Positions 7,830-15,862 of a DNA stretch of 29,284 nucleotides are shown here, in pieces; the stretch's first letter is position 1; every line of letters begins with the position of its first letter. A model generated the notes under the pieces. That model had not been told where the DNA came from. It was given only the letters and a program-made list of their open reading frames with translations, and did not search any database. The stretch lies in contig JBDHJS010000044.1 in NCBI GenBank assembly GCA_039586795.1, forward strand, positions 1 to 29,284, in the 5' to 3' direction. The translations under genes were made by a program, and so were the position numbers. Source of the DNA: Gemmatimonadota bacterium. Its GTDB lineage: Bacteria > Gemmatimonadota > Gemmatimonadetes > Palauibacterales > KS3-K002.

Positions 7830-10316
7830 ATGATCCTCAAGCCAGCTTTCGATCGCTACGCGCTGCTCACCGGGTTGACGGCCGGCTTGCTGGCCGGGCT
7901 GATCGGAGGGTGCTCGTTTCCAGGCGGCACGACGGAATGGTCAGCCGGAGATCTGCGCCTGAAGGTCGACGGCCACGGACAGGTCGTCGCTCTCGTCGAC
8001 CAGCGAACCGGTCGCGACCATCGCGCAGATACGATGGACTCCCCGCTGCTGTCTATTCAGATCGATGGCGTCCTTCATCCACCGCGCTCATTCGATTGGA
8101 GCCCGTCGGAAGGAATCGCCAAGCTGGGGTATGCCGGCGATGTGGTGGCGCGTGTTCGCGTGACCGAGAAACCGACCCACCTTGTCCTCGTGTTGGTCGC
8201 GCTGGATGCCGTCGAACCGGTCGAGCTGGTGATCTGGGGTCCGTACGCCACGACGATTTCCGACACGATCGGCGAAACGGTGGGCGCCGTGCGGAACTCT
8301 GAGTTCGCGATGGGGATCCAGGCCCTCAACCCGAAGACCCTGGGCGGACTTCCCTGGAGCGACAATGACTTTCCGCCCCAGGTAGACCTGTTTGAATCGG
8401 GCGACTACAGCGATCTGAGCTCAGAGGGGCGGCGTTACGTCCTATATCGAGTTGAAGCGGCCAAGCCGGAGGACTTCGGTAGCACGCTACAGGCGTACTG
8501 CCGCGACCGCAGCCACGACCGAGTGATCGAGAACTGGCGTCACGAGCGGTACGTCGCTCCCAGCTTCGAAGACGGCGGCGTGATCGGGACGAAGATCGCG
8601 CTGTTCGGCGCACCCACCGAGAGGCTACTCGAAACGCTGGGCGCCATAGAAGTGGAAGAAGGGCTACCCCATCCGGTCGTCGATGGTGAATGGGGTAAGA
8701 CCGCGCGCTCGGCCTCCGCCGCCTATCTGATCCTCGACTTCAGCGAAGACGACATCGACGAAGCGATCGCCTGGACTCGGCGCGCCGGCCTTCGCTACCT
8801 GTACCACCCCGGGCCGTTCCGCACCTGGGGCCACTTCGAACTGAACGATCGATTTCCCAGCGGACGAGCTGGACTGCGGCGCTCGGTGGAGCGGGCGGAG
8901 GCCGCCGGCGTCCACGTGGGCGTGCACACCTTATCGAACTTCATCACGACGAACGACCTCTACGTGACGCCTGTACCCGACGCACGATTGGCCCGGGTCG
9001 GATCAAGCGCGCTCGCCGCGGATCTCGATGCTAGGCAGACGGACATCCCGGTCGTCGAGCCAGGCTTCTTCACTGGAGAAGAGAACAACAACTTGCGAAC
9101 GGTGGTGATCGGCGAAGAGCTGATTCAGTACCGAGACGTGTCGGATGAAGAACCGTGGCGACTTCTCGATTGCCAGCGCGGCGCGTTCGGTACTCGGGCG
9201 TCGGCGCACGCGGCGGGAGACGAGGTAGCGCTGCTGGCGGATCATGCCTACAACGTCTTCCTCACCGACGCCGACCTAAGTCAGGAAGTGGCGACGAACA
9301 TCGCGGAGTTGTTCAACGAGACGGGGCTGCGGCAGATCTCGTTCGACGGACTGGAGGGCAACCAATCGACGGGAATGGGTAACTACGGCGAGGTGTTGTT
9401 CACAAAGACGTGGTACGACAACCTGAACGATAACATCCGCGGCCACCTGATCGCTGACGCCAGCCGCACCAGCCATTTCTTCTGGCACATCTACACCCGC
9501 ATGAACTGGGGTGAGCCGTGGTACGCCGGGTTCCGTGAAAGCCAGACCGAGTATCGCCTGAAGAACCAGCCATATTTCAGGCGCAACCTGATGCCGGCGA
9601 TGCTGGGCTGGTTCCGTATGACCTCGCAGACGACGATCGAGGATGTGGAGTGGATGCTGGCCCGCTCCGCGGCCTTCGACGCCGGCTACTCGTTCGTGAC
9701 GAGCTACGAGGCGCTGAATGAGAACGGCTTCACCGAACGCATCCTGGACGCTATAGGCTTGTGGGAGCGGGCGAGGATGGCCGACGTTTTCAGCCACGAC
9801 CAGAAGCGGCGGATGAAGGACGTGTCACGCGAGTTTAACCTCACCGCCGTTGGCGGCAACGACTGGGAACTGATCGAAGTCTACCCGCAGGTCTTTCGGC
9901 ACGAGCGCGGCGCCCGGCAGCCGGGTGAGCCGACCACGTCAACCTTCTCCTTCGACAATCCTGGCGAACAGCAAACTCTCCAGTGGATCCTGTCCGCCGA
10001 GGCCGGAGAGGTATCCCAGATCCGCATCGGGATGGACGGAACCGAGATCGGATTGCCGATCCGACTACGAGAGAACTGGTCTGTGAGATATGAAGGCGGT
10101 GCGACGGCTACGATCCGGGATGCTAATCACCGCCTGGTAAGAGAGATTGCCGTTGACGTGAGCCTTTTCCGCGTCGCGGCGGGCCGTCACACGGTCAGAC
10201 TGGATGCTCACTTGAATCCCGAGCAGGAAGCGAAAGCGCGATTAGAGCTCCGCCCGCACGGGCGACCCGAGCCGGTGAGAGCTACCTCTGCACCTTCGCC
10301 TTCAGGTCCTCCATGA
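7830..10316 (+). CDS. Large putative lipoprotein of unknown function, possibly glycoside-hydrolase-like
   Basis: 828 aa. Hydrophobic N-terminus ends in a lipobox-like LIGG-C. N-terminal region is beta-rich, the middle alternates beta/alpha with acidic and aromatic motifs (LRQISFDGLEG, MNWGEPWY), and the C-terminus is beta-rich. Function is inferred only. Confidence 0.75.
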   Translation: MILKPAFDRYALLTGLTAGLLAGLIGGCSFPGGTTEWSAGDLRLKVDGHGQVVALVDQRTGRDHRADTMDSPLLSIQIDGVLHPPRSFDWSPSEGIAKLGYAGDVVARVRVTEKPTHLVLVLVALDAVEPVELVIWGPYATTISDTIGETVGAVRNSEFAMGIQALNPKTLGGLPWSDNDFPPQVDLFESGDYSDLSSEGRRYVLYRVEAAKPEDFGSTLQAYCRDRSHDRVIENWRHERYVAPSFEDGGVIGTKIALFGAPTERLLETLGAIEVEEGLPHPVVDGEWGKTARSASAAYLILDFSEDDIDEAIAWTRRAGLRYLYHPGPFRTWGHFELNDRFPSGRAGLRRSVERAEAAGVHVGVHTLSNFITTNDLYVTPVPDARLARVGSSALAADLDARQTDIPVVEPGFFTGEENNNLRTVVIGEELIQYRDVSDEEPWRLLDCQRGAFGTRASAHAAGDEVALLADHAYNVFLTDADLSQEVATNIAELFNETGLRQISFDGLEGNQSTGMGNYGEVLFTKTWYDNLNDNIRGHLIADASRTSHFFWHIYTRMNWGEPWYAGFRESQTEYRLKNQPYFRRNLMPAMLGWFRMTSQTTIEDVEWMLARSAAFDAGYSFVTSYEALNENGFTERILDAIGLWERARMADVFSHDQKRRMKDVSREFNLTAVGGNDWELIEVYPQVFRHERGARQPGEPTTSTFSFDNPGEQQTLQWILSAEAGEVSQIRIGMDGTEIGLPIRLRENWSVRYEGGATATIRDANHRLVREIAVDVSLFRVAAGRHTVRLDAHLNPEQEAKARLELRPHGRPEPVRATSAPSPSGPP

Positions 10317-13014
10317 AGTTCTGCACAACGACGAGATCACCTGACACATCCGGTGTGCCAAACCGCTGGATCACCAGGAATCGTCCATCAGGCGCGACTT
10401 CGTACAGCCGGTTTCGCTGGTTGCGTTCGTAGTCGTTCTGCGCCGGCGGCTCGACGAGAACGCGGACTTCGGCGGAGCTGGGCCCACGCGTCATATCGGC
10501 GGCGAGGATCGCCGTGCCGTCGGGTCTGCGGAAGTATAGCTCGCGCCCATCAAGACTCCACAGCGGTTCGATGCCGCCGTCATCCGATATCAGCCACTTG
10601 CCATCCCCCGTGTTCGGGAAAGGTCTAACGTACACCTCGCTGCGCCCCGATTCATCAGACACATAGGCCAGCCAACGGTCGTCCGGAGACAGAGCCGGCT
10701 CGAACTCGTCGAACACATCCGCGACGATCGGCAACGGCACGCTGTCCACGCCAACGCGCATCGCCAGGATGTCATCGCTGCCGGGCGGACCGTCCACGCT
10801 GATCAGTAGCCAACTTCCATCGCTCGACCACAGTACACCCCAGATGTCACGATCCAAGTCGAGCAACAGCTCCTCCGGTCCGCTGCCGTCGGCACGTTTT
10901 ATCCAGAAGTTCCACTCGCCATCGCGGAGCGAACCAAAAGCGATGGAGCGCCCGTCAGGTGTCCAGGTCGGATAGCCATTGTACTCTCCGTCGAAGGTGA
11001 GACGCGAAAGCGGTCCACGATCGAGCTGCTTGATCCATACGTCGGCACGCTCGAGGGTTTCGATCACGACGGCAGCCCGCGTGCCATCCGGCGACAACGC
11101 GAGTCCTTCGAATTCCCAGTCGCGTACCCAATCCGGATCAACTTTCTGAGTTTGGCCGAGCCGCGTCAGCCAGGCGATTTCCTCCGGGGCGTTGAAGCTA
11201 TCGGTGGTGTAGACCAGGGTTCCGCTGCGGGACAGGTCAATGTCGGTTGCGCCATCGATACGCACATCGACACCCTCTAACAAAGCCGCCGGCCGTCCGG
11301 TCATCTCTAACTTGCTCTCATTGAACGGAGCCGCCATCACCGATCCGTCCTGCGTCACGTAGACCAGATGTCCTGAGGCCGAGAAAATACCCTGGGCGCC
11401 GGAAATACTCGCTCTCGATTCCCCGGTCTCGATGTCCAGCGCATGAATCTCGTAACCCGCAGCCATTAGTGGGGCCAACGCACCCTGGGTGCCCGCCGCG
11501 GTCTGCCGGGCTGATATCGCTGTTACGATGATCCCGCGCCCGCCTGGCAACACGTGCGGCCAGGCATAGCGACCCGCTCCCAGGTGATCCAAACTCGCGA
11601 CGTCCTCGACCGGCCCTCCGCTCGCCTGCACTCGACGCAGGGTCGAACTCGAGCCGTCGAAGGAGATGAAGTAGAGGAAATCGTCAGGTCCCCAGGACGC
11701 CCTGCTGTCCACACCCGAGGCCACCACAGTGACCGGCGGGCCGCCGCCCAGGGAAGCCACCCTAATTTGGGGTTCATCCAGAGCCGCGATGAACGCCACC
11801 CGCTCGCCATCGGGAGCGAAGACCGGCGACCAGGCCCCCTCTGTCCCGGGAAGCGGGTTCGCGTTGAGCTGGTTGAACGGGCGGTGCCAGAGCTTTGTGC
11901 TGTTCGCCCCGTCCGAGCCAACGTACACCAGCTCGGAACCGTCGGGGGAAATGGCGAGGCGCGAGGGGTTGCCCTGGCTATCGAAAAACAGAGCCTCGTC
12001 ATCCTCCATGGCGACTGCGAAACGCGTGATGGGCGCTGGCGCCTCGGGCCGCAACAGGGCGACCAGCACGAAGGGTAGCAGCAGGGCCGCCAGCGCCGTG
12101 GTCGCTATGCTGAGCGGGTTCCAAAGCGATGAAGACAACGGCGCGGTTTCGGTCGCCGCCGTGGCCACAGGTAGAGTGAATGACGCATTGGCGAGCGCCT
12201 CGGAGAAGGTCGCGGCAGAAGTGAAGCGGTCCGCCGGCAGCTTTGCCAACGCCTTCTGGATCGCCGCGTCGACGTGGGGCGATACTGTCTCCCGGGTCCG
12301 GGTCACGGGCGGCGCCTTCTCGGTGATCACCTTGGCCACGATCGCCTGGGCCGTGCTCCCCGTATACGGCGGATCGCCGGTCAGCATCTCGTACAGCATG
12401 GCGCCCAACGAGTAGACGTCGCTCCTCGCGTCCACTTCGCGGTCGCCCATCGCCTGCTCGGGACTCATGTACTGAGGCGTCCCGATCGACAGCCCGGTCT
12501 CAGTCAGCCGGCTGCCGCCCGCGTGGCTCACCGCCAGCGCGATCCCGAAGTCCGCCACCAGCGCCTGCCCGTCGTGGATCAGGATGTTCTCTGGCTTGAT
12601 ATCGCGGTGGATGACGTTCTGCCGGTGGGCGTAGTCGAGGGCCGCCGCCACACTCCGCGTGATATCGACCGCCTCATCGATGCTCAGCTGCTTCTCCCGG
12701 TCCAACTTGTCCCGCAGCGTGTCGTCTTCGACGTAGGGCATGACATAAAAAAGAAACGTGTCAGCTTCGCCCGAGTCGTAGAGCGGGAGGATGTTCGGGT
12801 GCTGTAGGTTTGCTGTGACCTTGATCTCGTTCAGGAAGCGCTCAGCGCCGATCACCGCCGCCAGTTCGGGGCGCAAGACTTTGAGCGCGACCTTGCGGTC
12901 GTGCTTCTCATCATGGGCCAGGTAGACGATGGCCATGCCGCCAGCACCCAGCTCGCGCTCGATGCGGTAGCGGCCGGCGATGGCTGCCGTCAGTCGTTCC
13001 GTGATTTCAGACAA
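10282..13014 (-). CDS. K1: Ser/Thr protein kinase, single TM, TolB/PD40-like beta-propeller C-terminus
   Basis: GAGGM, VALK, HRDIKPEN, DFG, GTPQYMSPEQ and DVYSLG are intact, followed by a TM helix and SPDG repeats. TTG start at 13014 chosen (GGAG 9 nt upstream, matches the K3 N-terminus); the ORF track starts at 13035. Confidence 0.93.
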   Translation of the reverse strand: MSEITERLTAAIAGRYRIERELGAGGMAIVYLAHDEKHDRKVALKVLRPELAAVIGAERFLNEIKVTANLQHPNILPLYDSGEADTFLFYVMPYVEDDTLRDKLDREKQLSIDEAVDITRSVAAALDYAHRQNVIHRDIKPENILIHDGQALVADFGIALAVSHAGGSRLTETGLSIGTPQYMSPEQAMGDREVDARSDVYSLGAMLYEMLTGDPPYTGSTAQAIVAKVITEKAPPVTRTRETVSPHVDAAIQKALAKLPADRFTSAATFSEALANASFTLPVATAATETAPLSSSLWNPLSIATTALAALLLPFVLVALLRPEAPAPITRFAVAMEDDEALFFDSQGNPSRLAISPDGSELVYVGSDGANSTKLWHRPFNQLNANPLPGTEGAWSPVFAPDGERVAFIAALDEPQIRVASLGGGPPVTVVASGVDSRASWGPDDFLYFISFDGSSSTLRRVQASGGPVEDVASLDHLGAGRYAWPHVLPGGRGIIVTAISARQTAAGTQGALAPLMAAGYEIHALDIETGESRASISGAQGIFSASGHLVYVTQDGSVMAAPFNESKLEMTGRPAALLEGVDVRIDGATDIDLSRSGTLVYTTDSFNAPEEIAWLTRLGQTQKVDPDWVRDWEFEGLALSPDGTRAAVVIETLERADVWIKQLDRGPLSRLTFDGEYNGYPTWTPDGRSIAFGSLRDGEWNFWIKRADGSGPEELLLDLDRDIWGVLWSSDGSWLLISVDGPPGSDDILAMRVGVDSVPLPIVADVFDEFEPALSPDDRWLAYVSDESGRSEVYVRPFPNTGDGKWLISDDGGIEPLWSLDGRELYFRRPDGTAILAADMTRGPSSAEVRVLVEPPAQNDYERNQRNRLYEVAPDGRFLVIQRFGTPDVSGDLVVVQNFMEDLKAKVQR
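12038..13014 (-). repeat. Kinase+TM coding block of K1, near-identical to 17526-18502 in K3
   Basis: Same offset (5488 bp) at both ends. Seven amino-acid differences counted between LSEIT and RFTSAA, and a shared TM segment SLWNPLSIATTALAALLLP..LLRPEAPAP. Confidence 0.9.
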
Positions 13015-13059
13015 GACATCTAGCTCCAGATTCAAGTTGTCGGCATCGATGGCCGGTGA

Positions 13060-15777
13060 TCATTGCGCGGCCAGCCGTTCACGCTGGCTCAGCATCCAGT
13101 TCACCACGACCGTCAAATCGATCTCCTCCTCCTCAAAACGGAACAGCACGATCCGGTCGCCGGTTGGGTCTATGTCGTACTGACGTTGCCAGGAGTAGGC
13201 GTAGTAGCGCCCCTCGACGAGGGTTTGCGGACGGCTTAATACCCGGAACGCGTCCCCGGTCTCGACCGTCACGACTTCCAACCGGTCCGCTGCGCGATAG
13301 AACAACTCACTTCCATCCGGCGACCAGGCGGGCTCGGTGCCGCCACCGGTCGAGACTTGGATGCGTCCTCCCGGACCAGGGAACGGCCGGACATAGACTT
13401 CGTCGCGGCCCGACTCATCGGAGGAGTACGCCACCCAGCGACCATCCGGCGAGAAGGTTGGAGCGCGCTCCAGGAACTCCGTCGCCAGCCACGGCTCCGG
13501 GTCACCGCCATCGAGCGCGAGGGAATAGAGGTCGTACTGCCCGCCAGCCAGCCCCACCCGGACGGCGCTGGCGGACACCGCACCGCTGGCCGGCAAGGCG
13601 TCTGCTGCTTCCGGCGCGTCGGCGACGGCGTTCCGCCGAAGCATCAAGTGTCTGCCGTCCGGGCTCAGGTCTTGTGTCCGATGTTGTCCCGTCTCAACAA
13701 CGAGCGGCATCGGCTCGCTGCCCCTGTCGGACGGGACCTTATAGATGTTCACGTCCGGCCCTTCGGCGCGCGAGAACAAGATGTCGCGACCGTCCGGCGT
13801 CCAGAGCGGATAGAAGCCGCCTCCAAGAGTCAGCGGACCGAAAGTGCCGAGCTCAAAATCGTAGATCCAGATCTCACCCTGGTAGCCGACCGCGAAAGCC
13901 CGACCGTCGGGTGAGAAACGCGGACCCTGATAGTCCCCCGACTCGAGCGGCAACGGAACAGCGTCGCCGTTGCGATCAATGATCATCGGTTGCGTGCTAC
14001 CCAGTGTGCTGAGAAAGGCGAGCGTTCCGTTTTGTGATAGTGCGAACTGTGCCGCCCCATCACCGCCGACTAACACGGAGTCGAGGACCGTGATCGGCGA
14101 GCCCGTGATCCGAGCGCTCGACGGATCGAAGCCGATCAGGCGCAGAGCGCCTTCCGGCCCGGCGTAGGCCAGGTAACCATCGTCGACGAAGCGGGCATCC
14201 GAGCCGGGAATCAGATCGTGGACCTCGCCATTCGGTATGGAGACCGCCGCCAAGCGGGCCAACTCGATCGAACCTCTCCAGACCGTGAAGACTACCCACT
14301 TTCCGTTTGGCAAGAAATGCGGCCAGCGGTGATCAAACTCACCGGCGGCCGTATCCGCAACGGTCAGCCGCTGCGGATCGCCGCCCTCGGCGTCCACTAG
14401 CATGAGGCCCGCACCGAAATCGGGCTGGAAGACGATCTGGTTGTCCGGCCCCCAGCTGCCGCCACCGCTGGTCGGCGACATCCGGGCCACTGCCCTGGGG
14501 GCTCCGCCACGGATCGGAACCACCCTCAATTGCTGGTCCGCGTAGAAGCCAACGCGCTCTCCGTCCGGGGCTAGGAAAGGCGCCATGATCAGGCTCCCCT
14601 CCGTCCCCGCGATCGGAACCGCTTCCACTTCATTCATCGGGCGTCGATACAGCTGAGAACCGCCGTGCTCGCCGGCCCCGATGTAGATCAGCTGGGTTCC
14701 ATCCGGCGAGAGCACCAGACCCGAGCCGAAGTCGACGTCGCCAAGTCGCACACCGATCGTGAATCGGGCCACCGGGCCAGGCGTCTCGGAACCGCCACCA
14801 CCGCCGAACCATTTGCCGACCTGCATCCCCGCGCCGACACTCAACAGAGCCACTGCCAGCGCGGCGGCGGCCAAACCCCAGCGGTTGCGCGTTCCGGGAG
14901 CGCTCAACGTAGCGCCGGGCTGCGCCGCTATCGCATGCGTGAAGGCTGTGTCGTGGAGCGCGTCGGCAAACCGCGCCGCACTCGTAAATCGATCTGCCGG
15001 CAGCTTGTTCAACGACTTCTCGATCGACATCGCTACGTGAGGCGGCACCGTCTCCCGCGTTGCCGTCACCGGCGGCGCCTTTTCAGTGATCACCTTGGCG
15101 ACGATCGCCTGCGCCGTCGACCCCGTATACGGCGGGTCGCCCGTTAGCATCTCGTAGAGCATGGCACCCAGCGAATAGACGTCGCTCCGAGCGTCCACCT
15201 CCCGGTCGCCCATCGCCTGTTCGGGACTCATGTAGTGTGGAGTCCCGACTGACAGTCCGGTCTCCGTCAGCCGATTGCCGCCCGCCTGACTTACCGCCAG
15301 CGCGATCCCGAAGTCCGCCACCAGCGCCTGGCCGTCGTGGATCAGGATGTTCTCCGGCTTGATATCCCGGTGAATCACGTCCTGGCGGTGGGCGTAGTCG
15401 AGAGCCGCCGCCACGCTCCGAGTGATATCAACCGCCTCATCGATGCTCAGCTGTTTCTCCCGATCCAGCTTGTCGCGCAGCGTGTCGCCTTCCACGTAGG
15501 GCATGACGTAAAACAGAAACGTGTCCGCTTCGCCCGAGTCGTAGAGCGGCAGGATGTTCGGGTGCTGGAGGTTGGCGGTGACCTTGATCTCGTTGAGGAA
15601 GCGCTCGGCACCGATCACCGCCGCTAGCTCGGGTCGCAGCACTTTCAACGCGACCTTGCGGTCGTGCTTCTCATCGTGGGCGAGGTAGACGATGGCCATA
15701 CCGCCCTGGCCCAGCTGCCGCTCGATGCGGTAGCGGTCCGCGATGGCGTTGGTCAATCGGTCCGTGATCTCGCTCAT
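13060..15777 (-). CDS. K2: Ser/Thr protein kinase, single TM, TolB/PD40-like beta-propeller
   Basis: 905 aa with all Hanks motifs, TM WGLAAAALAVALLSVGAG and FSPDGRWVAYSSDESGRDEVYVRPFP. Confidence 0.94.
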   Translation of the reverse strand: MSEITDRLTNAIADRYRIERQLGQGGMAIVYLAHDEKHDRKVALKVLRPELAAVIGAERFLNEIKVTANLQHPNILPLYDSGEADTFLFYVMPYVEGDTLRDKLDREKQLSIDEAVDITRSVAAALDYAHRQDVIHRDIKPENILIHDGQALVADFGIALAVSQAGGNRLTETGLSVGTPHYMSPEQAMGDREVDARSDVYSLGAMLYEMLTGDPPYTGSTAQAIVAKVITEKAPPVTATRETVPPHVAMSIEKSLNKLPADRFTSAARFADALHDTAFTHAIAAQPGATLSAPGTRNRWGLAAAALAVALLSVGAGMQVGKWFGGGGGSETPGPVARFTIGVRLGDVDFGSGLVLSPDGTQLIYIGAGEHGGSQLYRRPMNEVEAVPIAGTEGSLIMAPFLAPDGERVGFYADQQLRVVPIRGGAPRAVARMSPTSGGGSWGPDNQIVFQPDFGAGLMLVDAEGGDPQRLTVADTAAGEFDHRWPHFLPNGKWVVFTVWRGSIELARLAAVSIPNGEVHDLIPGSDARFVDDGYLAYAGPEGALRLIGFDPSSARITGSPITVLDSVLVGGDGAAQFALSQNGTLAFLSTLGSTQPMIIDRNGDAVPLPLESGDYQGPRFSPDGRAFAVGYQGEIWIYDFELGTFGPLTLGGGFYPLWTPDGRDILFSRAEGPDVNIYKVPSDRGSEPMPLVVETGQHRTQDLSPDGRHLMLRRNAVADAPEAADALPASGAVSASAVRVGLAGGQYDLYSLALDGGDPEPWLATEFLERAPTFSPDGRWVAYSSDESGRDEVYVRPFPGPGGRIQVSTGGGTEPAWSPDGSELFYRAADRLEVVTVETGDAFRVLSRPQTLVEGRYYAYSWQRQYDIDPTGDRIVLFRFEEEEIDLTVVVNWMLSQRERLAAQ

Positions 15778-15781
15778 ATTG

Positions 15782-15859
15782 TCAGTTCCCCTGTCTTGTC
15801 TTCAGTTGGGCGTGCATGTTCTGCACGCACCCTTGATCCCCGAACGCGTCGCCTCCCAC
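15782..15859 (-). pseudogene. Degenerate C-terminal remnant of a kinase-propeller paralog
   Basis: Reads VGGDAFGDQGCVQNMHAQLKTRQGN*, resembling K1 GDLVVVQNFMEDLKAKVQR*. Its stop lies 4 nt before the K2 ATG. Confidence 0.5.
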
Positions 15860-15862
15860 ACG

